From: a virus | IMG/VR virus record: IMGVR_UViG_3300031705_000002 | Coordinates: 30,958-94,957 of that record | Strand: one strand, 5' to 3' | Length of the DNA: 64,000 nt | Part shown: positions 1 through 10,251 of the stretch, piece after piece | How positions within the stretch are numbered: the first letter of the stretch is position 1 | Layout: each line of letters opens with the position of its first letter | Notes under the pieces: generated by a model | Database searches by the model: none | Told to the model about the DNA's origin: nothing | Seen by the model: only the letters and a program-made list of their open reading frames with translations | Translations under genes and position numbers: made by a program

Positions 1-3000
1 GGATACAGTACCCGCAGTACAATTCTGTACCGTGAATGTTAGAAGACGCCTATCGCCTATAGAAGATTGTGTATTTTGTGAGAAGTACCCATCAGATGTA
101 CCATCATTGGTAATCTTATAATCTCTTATACTCCAACCTGCATCTAACTCCCATACCGGGTGGGCAACCCTTTGTAGGGAAGTGCCTGATAAGTATAGAT
201 CAGAAGTTGATATAGAAGTTCCATGTATTCGTAATTCATATACCTTTGTCGTAGGAACACTGAAATTCTCGCTAACAGTTGTTAAGGTGCCTTCTACAGC
301 ATTAGTTGTAAGTATAGAGCCTACACCTACTACCTCTACTGTCACCCCATTTGTTCCTTTCCATGTTAATTCAAACGTGTGTAGAACGCCTGTTTCAAGG
401 GTAAAGTATTGATATATATACCCTTTAGTAGAGTAGTTAATCTTTAACTCGTTACTTGTCAAAGTACGTACAAGATCTGAAGATCCTAACCAGAAGAAAG
501 AACTTGGAAAATTATCGCCGGCTGTGAAATCAGTATGAATAAAAGATGTATTCTCTACAAGTTCATTACCGTGTGAGAAATCTCCATTAGAGATTAAATT
601 CATGGACGGCTTAAATAGTAAGCTGTACACATCTGTACTCTCATTATATACAATCCCCCCAGGAATATTCCTACCTCCCTTACGTCGTAAGAAAGTACCA
701 CGATCTGTGAAAAGTAAAGCTCGTTTAGTTAATAGAATTCTTTGGTATTTCTCATCCCATACACTTACAAAACCTTTCCCAACTATAGGACTATCTTTAT
801 ATGGAGAGGTTCTGAACCCCCACGCACTGATATACTGCTCGTCATCCACTAAGGTCTGAGCGTAATCAAATTCTAAAGTACTAAACGAATCCTTATCGTT
901 TGAAAGGTTATTGTAGAACCACTTTTCCATACCAAGATTACTGATCTCAGTCATCTTATCCGTAGTCATGAATATCTTTTTATTCCTCTCATCAACAGAG
1001 AAATAGCCATACTTAGTAACAAGTGTAGAATACTGTGATTGTGTACCTCCATACCCGTGCTCTGTCTGTACTAGTTCATCCGGATCTTGTTGGAATATAT
1101 CCCCACTACCAATGAACGCCTCTGACCCATCCTTCATAGCCATAGTCTGCTTACCTTTTGTAACCAGTAAACTATCTTCCATGTGGATATATAAAAGGTT
1201 ATTGAAAGTAGATAACTTCCATAACTCTCCTCTGTTCTTAGGCATGTCCATCTGTTCTCGGGATAGATATATTCTAAAGTTATCTATTAGAGATGTACGA
1301 CTAGCTTTTGTAGACCTTTGTATTCTAGTTGTGAATACAGAAGGAGCTGTAATTAAGTTAGGGAGTACAAATGCAGGACGCACATTATTTACTATCGAGT
1401 AGTCTGGATTGTATTTTATTTTGTCCTCCCCTGTAAAATCAAACAGGTTTAAAAGATCAAAGTTTTTTCCATCCCTATCAACCAGTGCAACCTTTTGCAT
1501 AGGCGATCCTGGGAAGTATGAAGTACTTACATCCTCTTCATGTCTAAAGTTTACATTATCTGTTGACTCAATTATAGAGTACAAAACACTAACTTGATCC
1601 GATGGAAGGTAGGTACTTATCCTAGGAGTAAGACTTTGTCTGAACCCATACTTACATATGAATGTATCACCACCAAGTATAACAGTAGCATCCCCTGTAG
1701 GGCTATCATCTATATAGTCGTCACAATCTATCTCCACTACCTCATACTCACAAGCACCATCATCTACCGTTGCGGTAGGATCATAGTTTAATGCACCAGA
1801 ATCTGTACACCCAAACACAGTGTCATCAACTGGGGGAACTAGAAAATGCTGTCGTATACCTTTTAGCCTAGCATATCTAGGTGCTATATAAAGTTCTGAA
1901 AGATTTCTATATGGGTACAAGACGCTACTACTAGGAGTTAGAGACATATCTCTAAAATTAGTATTCCCCGAAGTATCTCCAGGCTCTAAAATAGAATTAC
2001 ACACTGACGCCGCATTAGCCAACCCAGCGTTTTGATACCATCCGAATTGTGGGTGTACAGGGTGATTCTCTCCTCCTGACGAAGCATATTCAGTGTATCC
2101 TGTTAGGTTTATCGTTGGGTTATCCGGCCCATCCCCTGAAATCGCATGAGGGTGTGAATCATAAGTTGTCCCACATGATAGGGTAACACTAGACATAGGC
2201 CCCACCATACTAAAAGGTGTTATATATGCAACAGGACTTAAATGTCCTGATCGTGCAGTATATGCATACACACCGAAGGGTGTGCCCAAATCAAGCCAAG
2301 ACAGGTCTGTTAACCCGTCCCATATAGTTACTTGTTGTACTCCAATATAATTGTGATTTTTAATTGTAGATATACCAAGATTTACAGTATTAGCTACATA
2401 GGGAAATCCTGAGCCATCCCAATCAGGGACAACATCCATACTAAAGTAATCGGAAGCTACATCGTGAAAGTCAGAGCCCACTTGTAAGAATCCATCACTC
2501 CACCCACCTAGAGCAACCGAGTCAGGAACTACCCAATCCGTATGCCCTGTTAAGGATAACGCCGTCCCACTACTATTGAATGCAGTTATACCTAAAAGTG
2601 CTGACGCAGGACTGTAGAAGTATGTATAATCTAGAGTTCCTGGATCTCCTGAGACCTGTCCACTAGATAAGCCTTCTGAGTTATGTATATCTTCCTTTGT
2701 GAAAACCCAATAGGAAAATCCTTGATTCACAGGATCGTACTCATGAGCGTATACTATACCTCCAGCTTCCGCAGAGTATTCTCCTATCTCAGGCATAGTA
2801 GACCTAAACTTGCCTTTCCCTTTCCTTCCAGGTAAAGATCTACCACCAGACAGAGATCCTATCGCGTAGTCCCCTCCACCATCTTCGATGAAGTTCTCTA
2901 AGTTCTTTCCTTTTATTTCAAACCCTGTCCATATAAGATTTTGACTGTCTACTGTGTTGTAAACGTCTGTTTTAAATGCTTCTAAGTTTACTGTGTATGT

Positions 3001-5958
3001 AGAAGATTGTACTCCCAGATAATCACTAGGATTATCAACCATAGGAATTACGTTGTTATTATCTCCATCGTTTATTTTAGGTAAGAATCCTGAATTATCC
3101 TCATTACCTGCAAGCCCTAAAGCTATATGGGTTTCTCCTCCTTGATTGTAAAGTTTATATCCAAATCCATGTCCAGAGGCATCTAAAATAGAATCACCAT
3201 TAACATAAGTTTTACACCTTTCTTTTAATAGTTTATATCTATCTCTAAAGTTGAATGCATATGACTCTGCCACAAAGAATTTAGAGTTTATTATCTCTAC
3301 ATCACAAGGGTCATTACTATTCTCATGGTGAGCTCCAGGCCCTTTAAACGTGTGGTATGTTGTTACCCACTGTGTAGAGATATGTGTAGCCGGAGAAATA
3401 CTTTTTTGAGTTCTAAGGAGTTCAAAATTATAAAACGCAAGCATTTGATAGTCCCTCCCATTATCAGGAGAAGTTGCTGTTAGATAGGAATCATTATATG
3501 TGAGTGGAGTTTTTATCCAAAAGTTTTGTAGAATACCTTCAGTACCGTCCGCATTTACTAAACACCCACCAAGCTGTCCTCTTACTTTATCATAAGGAGT
3601 TACTACTCCCTGGCCTAAAATTCTTTTATCCTCATGCTGTCTGTCCGCATAGTATATTCTAAACCCTTGAACTTTTTTAGCTATACTAGCTGGTATTTTT
3701 ATATTATCTAATGTGAACCCTAAAATCCGAATAGAGTCTGAGGTAGTACCTCCAGAAACAATTGCCTCTGAAGCTCCTGCTGTAGGGCTACTATATATAG
3801 TACCCTCCATATTATCGTCATTGTAAAAATTTAAATCGTTTGGAAAATTTGAATCTGTTTGGTGATACCCATAATCAGTATGTGTACCACTAAACCCAGC
3901 TTCTCCTAGGAATCCCCCCATCTGGGATTGACTATGATCAAATAAAGCCCACCCAGAATCTACATCTATTGCAATACATTCCGCTAAATATGTCCCTCCA
4001 GGATCTCCAAGCCAATTGGGTATTAGTAATGCGTCTACTTCCCATGCAATTACATATGTAGACCCCACTACTAAACCTCCAACATTACTTACATGATATG
4101 CTTCATGTTCGTTGGAAAAATCATTGCTGTCAGGTCCTAATAATGTACCATCTGCTAATACCCATACTATCTCAGTGTCCTCAATATTATTATTATTTGA
4201 GGCACCTCCAGAAATCTCAAATTCTATTTCCGGAAGTAGTATAGTCGCCGTAGTTATAGTAGACGTAGTACTGCCAGAGATAACTCTAAACGCTTCATTA
4301 TCATTTTTAGGAAAACGGTGATGTCTTACCTGTGCGGCAGACCCATTTGGATTCTTGTATACATCAGAGCTGAATGCCTCTGTATTAGGGTAGGTCTCAT
4401 GGGAGTTTTCCCAGTATTCCATATCGTTACTTCCGTCCTCTTCACTGTAACTTTTAAAATGGTAACTTTTTACTTCTCCTAAATTATTTAAATTACCAGC
4501 ATTGTATAACCCCGAATTTTCTAAGGGCCCTAACTCGGTTGAAATACTTTCACGTCCGGGTATGTGATAGGCATATGACATGCTACCATCATTTAAAATA
4601 AAAGATATGTAAAAGGCATAAACCTCACCTCTTGTGTACCCTCTCTTTTTATATGCATTATACGGGTCTCTATATCCGTTTGATTTATCTGCTACAAGAG
4701 GAGGCATTTCTATAAAGCCATGCTCCAAGTTATCGGAGATTAATGAGAACTCATCAAAATTAGAAACATCAATAATTTTAGGTCTAAGCTTAATATTCCC
4801 CGCACTCCTCTGGTACCCTACATCTAGATTTCTTGTTAGGTTACCTAGGTATAAAACATTATCTAATTGTGTGATTGTCTTAACAGTGTCGTACGATACA
4901 GTATCTATCACAATCTCATCCACTGATGAACTTGTGTACCCCTCTGTACCAGAGAACGTTAGCTCAAAGTCTGGACCATTTAGTTCTATCTCTATATCAT
5001 GCAGTTGAAAAGCAAATCTATTACCATCTAAATGTTGAATGATAGCAGGTCTTATATAATCATAATCCGTATTGTAATCGGAGATATTCCAAACGATAGA
5101 CTTACCTGTTTGTGTTCCGGGAGGTGCTCCATCATACCTTTCTATTGGTAGTACACTTTCTATATCGTCAACGATAGATACAGGATTATCCACTACTACA
5201 TAGTTAGTGGCAACTAAATCTTTATCTACATACGCTAAAGCTAAAGCATACGATCCCGACACTAGTCCTCCCCCAGAGATTACTTTCTGTAAATCTATCG
5301 TAGGAACTGGGCCTGCGTGTGGGAATAAGTTAAGTCTATCTATAAAATTCTTATTAATAGAATTCGCAGGGTACTTACCATAAAGTTGTTCGTAAGAACC
5401 TGTATCTGCAACCGCCTCTTCCTGTCTAGTTATGTTTAACGATCTTGGAGGATTAAAATTATCCGTCCAGTACACAACTAAATTCTCATTAGCATCAATT
5501 TTATATGTCCCTGATATAGGGTTCTTAGGAAGGAATTTTAAACTTACATCTATGATTTTACAGTTCTGGCCTTCAATCTCTATTGTAGGAAAGTTTAATA
5601 GAGTTTTGTATAGTAGCTCCTGATTCTCTCCGCCTGAAGGGGATAGCACACCTACTTCAGATCTTCCGTACTCTAAGGATTGAGATTCTGCAGGGTTAGC
5701 GGCAACAGAGAATACTACGATTCTATCATCAGTAATCTCTATGGTCCCTATAACTTTATACCCCTTGATAAAAGTGCCCGGACCACCACCAATCCTTTTA
5801 GCAGTTCTTCCAATAGGAGGACCTGCCTTATTACCTTCTTCGTTTCCAACTGTGCCATCTACTCTATTAACGACAGCATTTCTAGCATATCTCCACGACC
5901 CTTCAGGTTGATCAGAAGGAGAAGTGTCTCTTATAAGCCCTTTTATATATCTACTCAT
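1..5958 (-). CDS. Tail stabilisation / muzzle protein (crAss gp44-like, P22 gp10 family), >1985 aa, 3' end outside the window
   Basis: Not in the ORF track, consistent with no stop inside the window. ATG at 5958 overlaps the upstream TAA (TAATG). Hand translation gives MSRYIKGLIRDTSPSDQPEGSWRYARNAVVNRVDGTVGNEEGN, and later LGFTLDNIKIP...QGFRIYYADR...ILGQG, as in crAss muzzle proteins. Lies directly after a ring gene. Frame was spot-checked, not read codon by codon. Confidence 0.85.
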   Translation of the reverse strand, partial: MSRYIKGLIRDTSPSDQPEGSWRYARNAVVNRVDGTVGNEEGNKAGPPIGRTAKRIGGGPGTFIKGYKVIGTIEITDDRIVVFSVAANPAESQSLEYGRSEVGVLSPSGGENQELLYKTLLNFPTIEIEGQNCKIIDVSLKFLPKNPISGTYKIDANENLVVYWTDNFNPPRSLNITRQEEAVADTGSYEQLYGKYPANSINKNFIDRLNLFPHAGPVPTIDLQKVISGGGLVSGSYALALAYVDKDLVATNYVVVDNPVSIVDDIESVLPIERYDGAPPGTQTGKSIVWNISDYNTDYDYIRPAIIQHLDGNRFAFQLHDIEIELNGPDFELTFSGTEGYTSSSVDEIVIDTVSYDTVKTITQLDNVLYLGNLTRNLDVGYQRSAGNIKLRPKIIDVSNFDEFSLISDNLEHGFIEMPPLVADKSNGYRDPYNAYKKRGYTRGEVYAFYISFILNDGSMSYAYHIPGRESISTELGPLENSGLYNAGNLNNLGEVKSYHFKSYSEEDGSNDMEYWENSHETYPNTEAFSSDVYKNPNGSAAQVRHHRFPKNDNEAFRVISGSTTSTITTATILLPEIEFEISGGASNNNNIEDTEIVWVLADGTLLGPDSNDFSNEHEAYHVSNVGGLVVGSTYVIAWEVDALLIPNWLGDPGGTYLAECIAIDVDSGWALFDHSQSQMGGFLGEAGFSGTHTDYGYHQTDSNFPNDLNFYNDDNMEGTIYSSPTAGASEAIVSGGTTSDSIRILGFTLDNIKIPASIAKKVQGFRIYYADRQHEDKRILGQGVVTPYDKVRGQLGGCLVNADGTEGILQNFWIKTPLTYNDSYLTATSPDNGRDYQMLAFYNFELLRTQKSISPATHISTQWVTTYHTFKGPGAHHENSNDPCDVEIINSKFFVAESYAFNFRDRYKLLKERCKTYVNGDSILDASGHGFGYKLYNQGGETHIALGLAGNEDNSGFLPKINDGDNNNVIPMVDNPSDYLGVQSSTYTVNLEAFKTDVYNTVDSQNLIWTGFEIKGKNLENFIEDGGGDYAIGSLSGGRSLPGRKGKGKFRSTMPEIGEYSAEAGGIVYAHEYDPVNQGFSYWVFTKEDIHNSEGLSSGQVSGDPGTLDYTYFYSPASALLGITAFNSSGTALSLTGHTDWVVPDSVALGGWSDGFLQVGSDFHDVASDYFSMDVVPDWDGSGFPYVANTVNLGISTIKNHNYIGVQQVTIWDGLTDLSWLDLGTPFGVYAYTARSGHLSPVAYITPFSMVGPMSSVTLSCGTTYDSHPHAISGDGPDNPTINLTGYTEYASSGGENHPVHPQFGWYQNAGLANAASVCNSILEPGDTSGNTNFRDMSLTPSSSVLYPYRNLSELYIAPRYARLKGIRQHFLVPPVDDTVFGCTDSGALNYDPTATVDDGACEYEVVEIDCDDYIDDSPTGDATVILGGDTFICKYGFRQSLTPRISTYLPSDQVSVLYSIIESTDNVNFRHEEDVSTSYFPGSPMQKVALVDRDGKNFDLLNLFDFTGEDKIKYNPDYSIVNNVRPAFVLPNLITAPSVFTTRIQRSTKASRTSLIDNFRIYLSREQMDMPKNRGELWKLSTFNNLLYIHMEDSLLVTKGKQTMAMKDGSEAFIGSGDIFQQDPDELVQTEHGYGGTQSQYSTLVTKYGYFSVDERNKKIFMTTDKMTEISNLGMEKWFYNNLSNDKDSFSTLEFDYAQTLVDDEQYISAWGFRTSPYKDSPIVGKGFVSVWDEKYQRILLTKRALLFTDRGTFLRRKGGRNIPGGIVYNESTDVYSLLFKPSMNLISNGDFSHGNELVENTSFIHTDFTAGDNFPSSFFWLGSSDLVRTLTSNELKINYSTKGYIYQYFTLETGVLHTFELTWKGTNGVTVEVVGVGSILTTNAVEGTLTTVSENFSVPTTKVYELRIHGTSISTSDLYLSGTSLQRVAHPVWELDAGWSIRDYKITNDGTSDGYFSQNTQSSIGDRRLLTFTVQNCTAGTVS

Positions 5959-6878
5959 TATGCTCTATCGTTTAAGTCCTCAAAGAATGATGCCCCACTG
6001 TCCATGTTTGGTATTAATCTCACCCATTGATTCATGAATGATTCATACTTAGCTATGTCTGGGTAGTTAGCTGCGTTCCTAGCTTGTGTACAATAGTACT
6101 GCCATTTTTGATCTGCAAAGCCGTAATCAATTTTGTTTGTCGGTTTATCAAATCCACCTAATAATAATTTTTTAAAGATGTACCAAAACATGGCTTCTTT
6201 AAAACTAATGTCATCCGGGATCATAGGATAGTTATCCTTATCCGTAGGGAATGCCATATAACTTAAACATACCTGACCAGAAGCGAAGGATGTTTTAAGG
6301 TATCCATCATCAATAATGTATGAAGCTATACTGCTTGCAAATTCATTACTGCACCCATCTGCATGCATACTCTTGTGAAAAGTACCTGAACCGTATTTTA
6401 AAGGTTTTAAAGCAGCAGAGTTTCCAAAGTATATATTTTCAAGTACTACTATTCTATTAGTAAGTTCTCGAAGTTCTAGTACATTGGATTTATATTGAGT
6501 ATCAAATTGATTTAAATCAGCAGTAACTAAGTTTGAAGATGTTAGAGCTTCTACGTTCTCATTGTACTCTACAATGTCCGCTTTTAAACTATTTACCTTC
6601 TCTAGAATATTACGAAGCTCGTTACTAGTTCCTGGAGAGGTTGACTCGTTTAAGGCTACTTGGTTTATGTAGTATAAATCTGCGGGTAGTACATACCTAT
6701 GATTCTCTATAATACACACTGTTTGTTTATTGACAAGTTGTGCAGAAGCCCCGATATGCTCCAGCGCTTCTCCTATCCATTCTACGGCGTCTATAACCCA
6801 GTCCGCATTATTAGGTTTAAGATCTCGCATGATCTTTCTAATAATGGGTTTACATGAAATATGCTTATATACTGCCAT
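5958..6878 (-). CDS. Tail ring / tubular protein (R1, gp43-like by synteny)
   Basis: 306 aa; VEWIGEALEHIG, YMAFPTD...PMIPDD and W.YYC.QAR motifs; immediately upstream of the muzzle gene. Confidence 0.75.
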   Translation of the reverse strand: MAVYKHISCKPIIRKIMRDLKPNNADWVIDAVEWIGEALEHIGASAQLVNKQTVCIIENHRYVLPADLYYINQVALNESTSPGTSNELRNILEKVNSLKADIVEYNENVEALTSSNLVTADLNQFDTQYKSNVLELRELTNRIVVLENIYFGNSAALKPLKYGSGTFHKSMHADGCSNEFASSIASYIIDDGYLKTSFASGQVCLSYMAFPTDKDNYPMIPDDISFKEAMFWYIFKKLLLGGFDKPTNKIDYGFADQKWQYYCTQARNAANYPDIAKYESFMNQWVRLIPNMDSGASFFEDLNDRA

Positions 6879-6879
6879 A

Positions 6880-7353
6880 CTAATTTTTTTTAAATTTTAA
6901 ATACGCCAAATCATCTGTTCTTAAAAGATGAATCAATTTTTCTTTATTTCCCTTTATTCCTCGTGTTAGGTCAAACCTATACACGGACTTATTAGGTATT
7001 AAGCATTTTCCTTTTCTCCAATAATATCTACAGTACTCAGCATTAGTATGGTATATGTACCATTTTATTCCCTTACCTGTTTCGGAGTTATATAGGGCTA
7101 TACCCTTAGTTTCTAGCTCTTTTTTATACTTCAAGCTTTCCCCCCAATCTATTTTAGGGAACGAAGGATTTGTTTCTACTCTCACAATCGACAGTGAAGA
7201 TAGTTTATTTCCCATATTAAACGTGCCTCCATCTAAGATATAATCAATCATATCTATGTTGAACTCAGAGCATATAGCTGTAAAAGTTTTCTTATCCACA
7301 TATTCCTTCTCAGAAATATATTTTATATATATATCTTTTAAAGTGTATCCCAT
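6880..7353 (-). CDS. crAss IHF/HU-like tail-module protein, copy 1
   Basis: 157 aa, basic; IDWxxS, YHxN and RYYWxK motifs; paralogue of 13116-13580. Confidence 0.7.
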   Translation of the reverse strand: MGYTLKDIYIKYISEKEYVDKKTFTAICSEFNIDMIDYILDGGTFNMGNKLSSLSIVRVETNPSFPKIDWGESLKYKKELETKGIALYNSETGKGIKWYIYHTNAEYCRYYWRKGKCLIPNKSVYRFDLTRGIKGNKEKLIHLLRTDDLAYLKFKKN

Positions 7354-8051
7354 TATCTGGCAGGTCCTCTACTAGGTGAAGGCGGTGCTGAAACATCCTG
7401 TGCATTATCATTAGTGGTGTCACTTGGAGTGGTCGCCAACAACTGTAATTCCTTAGAAGCAATCCCTTCTGTAATAGCTTGTATCATATCCATAGGTATT
7501 GGGTAGTCATCAGTGCTATTATAACAATCGTTACCCTCACAGTCGAACGTAGCTAATGACTCAGGGTCTTCAAATATACCTCTTATATTTATATAGGATA
7601 GACCATTAGCGTTATAAATATAGATATGGTCCTCAATCATATACGCTCGCCTCTCATGATTAGTATACTTATCATAAGGAAGCCACTGTACAGTTATAGG
7701 GTCTACAATAGGAATAGTCTCTAGCCCTGTTATATCTCCTACATGTGTGATAGCGTCTTTAAAGTTTAACCTAACTGTTTTAGGGATAGGCTCTACAGAC
7801 TTGTATACAGAAGCTCTGGCAGGTAATCTACAGCATTTAGTAGCATCAACTTTCTCTACTTTAATACATTTTAAATCCTGCTCAAGGTGCCTAGTTATAT
7901 TACCATTTCTAGCATAGTCCCTACGTATCAGCATTGCTCGGTAATACTTAATGTTAAATTTAATTTGAGCCAGAGATATATGTTCACTCACATTAGATCT
8001 ACCTCCTCTAACTAAATTTAAAATGTTGTATGCTATTTCATCTAGTGTCAT
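7353..8051 (-). CDS. Tail ring protein (R2, gp40-like by synteny), copy 1
   Basis: 232 aa; TLxEIxYxI...ISxxQIxFxI..YRAxLIR and GIFEDP...DDYPI motifs; paralogue of 13580-14275. Confidence 0.7.
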   Translation of the reverse strand: MTLDEIAYNILNLVRGGRSNVSEHISLAQIKFNIKYYRAMLIRRDYARNGNITRHLEQDLKCIKVEKVDATKCCRLPARASVYKSVEPIPKTVRLNFKDAITHVGDITGLETIPIVDPITVQWLPYDKYTNHERRAYMIEDHIYIYNANGLSYINIRGIFEDPESLATFDCEGNDCYNSTDDYPIPMDMIQAITEGIASKELQLLATTPSDTTNDNAQDVSAPPSPSRGPAR

Positions 8052-8057
8052 ATCTTT

Positions 8058-9209
8058 CTACACATTAGTTTGTAAATATCCTTCGTATCCTCGTTGTTTG
8101 TTCCATATATGTGCCTGACCTGTTCTTTTAGCCTCATACCCCATCATCTTATGCCAATCATCATTCTTGCATATAGAAGGTATGAACCTAACTTTAATCC
8201 CTCTGTACTCATTTACCATTTCTTTGTGTACATGGCCACAGTGCGCTTCTCTTGAGGTCGTACGAGCAAACATAACAGGTTGCTCAGTAGCCATTATTAA
8301 TGGCATGTCAGCTGCCTTAACTTTGTCTCCGTGTGTAAACATAATCATGTTGATCCCGTACTCGTAGTACTTACGGTGCTCAAATGAATTATCTATTAAC
8401 ACTTGACCATCATTTGTGAAGTACGCATTTAAGTACTCACCGGCGTAGAACATACGTTCATAGTCGTGATTCCCCTGTATAACTACTACGTCAACTGGAG
8501 CATATTGAGATAGATACTGGATTGCTCTTACGATTAATGCGCAGTATCCTACAAATGTTTCTTTCCAATCTGCTGAATCAAATTGAGGTGTACCCTTAGT
8601 GGTAGCCCTACTTAACCCTTCAGAATTCATACCATCATTACCTATTGGTAAGAGTATTTTTTCAATATCTAAACCTTTAGATTTAATCATAAGGTCCTCA
8701 ATCACATTCATATACTCTTCCTCAGCTTGTTTTAAAGTTTGACCTGTATACTTTCCATAGTGAATATCAGGCAAAGATACCTCGTATGTAACGGGATCTT
8801 TTGCTTTGCTAGGTTCTACTCTTGCACGTATCGGGCTGTGGTTCTTAAGGATCTCAATGATTTCAGCCTTAGTGTTATCTATGACTTCATCTTCCCCCTT
8901 AACGACAACAGAGAATCTTTTTTCTCCTCCCATATTCTGCCAGAATTTAACTGACTGAATATCATTCTTATCTATATCGTTCTCTTGTACGAATCTATCA
9001 AAATCATTTAACTCGCTTTGGTCTATGTTTATGTTAGCGTTTGAGAGGACCATACTAGTAAAGCCTCCCATTGCTTCTATCCGCGCTTCCTTCAATGCTT
9101 CTTTACAAAGGTCTACATCGCATTCTAATTTTAAAGCTAATCTCCCTGAGCCCTCTTTAAGGTATCCAGGCTTGAGATGTAAAAACTCTTTAATTTCAGA
9201 CTTCGTCAT
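8058..9209 (-). CDS. Calcineurin-like metallophosphoesterase, copy 1
   Basis: Complete motif set: PDIHYG, GND, GNHD, HGD, GHVH. Confidence 0.88.
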   Translation of the reverse strand: MTKSEIKEFLHLKPGYLKEGSGRLALKLECDVDLCKEALKEARIEAMGGFTSMVLSNANINIDQSELNDFDRFVQENDIDKNDIQSVKFWQNMGGEKRFSVVVKGEDEVIDNTKAEIIEILKNHSPIRARVEPSKAKDPVTYEVSLPDIHYGKYTGQTLKQAEEEYMNVIEDLMIKSKGLDIEKILLPIGNDGMNSEGLSRATTKGTPQFDSADWKETFVGYCALIVRAIQYLSQYAPVDVVVIQGNHDYERMFYAGEYLNAYFTNDGQVLIDNSFEHRKYYEYGINMIMFTHGDKVKAADMPLIMATEQPVMFARTTSREAHCGHVHKEMVNEYRGIKVRFIPSICKNDDWHKMMGYEAKRTGQAHIWNKQRGYEGYLQTNV

Positions 9210-9592
9210 GATTTTTTAATTTTCTCTATGGATCGTCCAGCGAAGTACGCTCCATAAACGGTTATCAATAAGGTTTGGTAAATTGGTTTGTACGCATCAT
9301 CCATTACAAATTCCCCCACATTACCGTCTACAAAAGACATCAGTACGAGAATTATAGTTAAAAAAGAAAGTATTAAAGGTCGTATATTTTTTGGTAGCCA
9401 TGCATCAGATTTCATATCTGCTTCCCATCGCTTGCTAACTTGTTCTTGAGCTTGTGCCTCAGCTCTCATGAAGACTTCTTCAATCTTCTGCTTTGCTTCC
9501 AGCTTCTCTTCTTTAGAAGTAGTTAAATTATCAAGTACATCGCCGACTTGCTTAATTAATCCTCCACCTAGTAAGTCTAATATCTTATTCAT
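9206..9592 (-). CDS. Holin (GTA 3TM-holin-like), copy 1
   Basis: RWEADMKSDxWLxKNIRP, hydrophobic helices and the YFAGRSIEK C-terminus; ATGA overlap with the next gene. Confidence 0.75.
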   Translation of the reverse strand: MNKILDLLGGGLIKQVGDVLDNLTTSKEEKLEAKQKIEEVFMRAEAQAQEQVSKRWEADMKSDAWLPKNIRPLILSFLTIILVLMSFVDGNVGEFVMDDAYKPIYQTLLITVYGAYFAGRSIEKIKKS

Positions 9593-9953
9593 AATTTACA
9601 ATTATATCTCCTGTCATAGTACTTGCACCATTAACTTGCACAACTAAATCATATTCAGAGCTATACGTGAAAGGGGTATCACCCAAAGGTAATAAACTAG
9701 CACTAACAGGAATGTTAACACTTTTTAAAAGATAATACTTTTTATGCTCAAGAATTTGATTTCTGTTACCTATAACTTTTCTAATGTATATATCACAAAG
9801 TAGGGTGACCGATGCTGAAGTATTAGATATTAAAACATGTGTTAAGTTTATATCTGTACTCCTACCTCCAACCTTCGCCACAACTTTACTAAGCATTGTA
9901 TATACATGATCGCTAGTAGAGTTACCTTTTATATTTTTATATATCTTTGCCAT
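9585..9953 (-). CDS. Hypothetical beta-rich protein
   Basis: 122 aa, tightly coupled in the operon. Confidence 0.6.
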   Translation of the reverse strand: MAKIYKNIKGNSTSDHVYTMLSKVVAKVGGRSTDINLTHVLISNTSASVTLLCDIYIRKVIGNRNQILEHKKYYLLKSVNIPVSASLLPLGDTPFTYSSEYDLVVQVNGASTMTGDIIVNYE

Positions 9954-9954
9954 C

Positions 9955-10248
9955 CTATCCTATTGTTACTACTCCTCTATTATTCCAAAGCAATCCAGAA
10001 CCTCTAGTTGTAGCCCTTGTTGGTAAACTACCTCCTGTAGATACAACTAACAACTCTGCACTAACTATGTAGCGTCTAAGCTCATCTATATCTTCTTGCA
10101 TCTGTTGCATTTGATATAACATTGCTGCTTCAGGGGGGTATGCTTCTAACTCTGAGTGTTTAGTATTATCAAAACTTGATTTTAAAGCTGCTTTTTCACT
10201 TCCTGTTTTTCTGTGTACTGCTTCTGATTTTTTACTTGCTAGTGCCAT
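9955..10248 (-). CDS. Hypothetical protein (coiled coil plus fibre-like LP...GxLWN tail)
   Basis: 97 aa, directly downstream of the fibre gene. Confidence 0.6.
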   Translation of the reverse strand: MALASKKSEAVHRKTGSEKAALKSSFDNTKHSELEAYPPEAAMLYQMQQMQEDIDELRRYIVSAELLVVSTGGSLPTRATTRGSGLLWNNRGVVTIG

Positions 10249-10251
10249 ATC

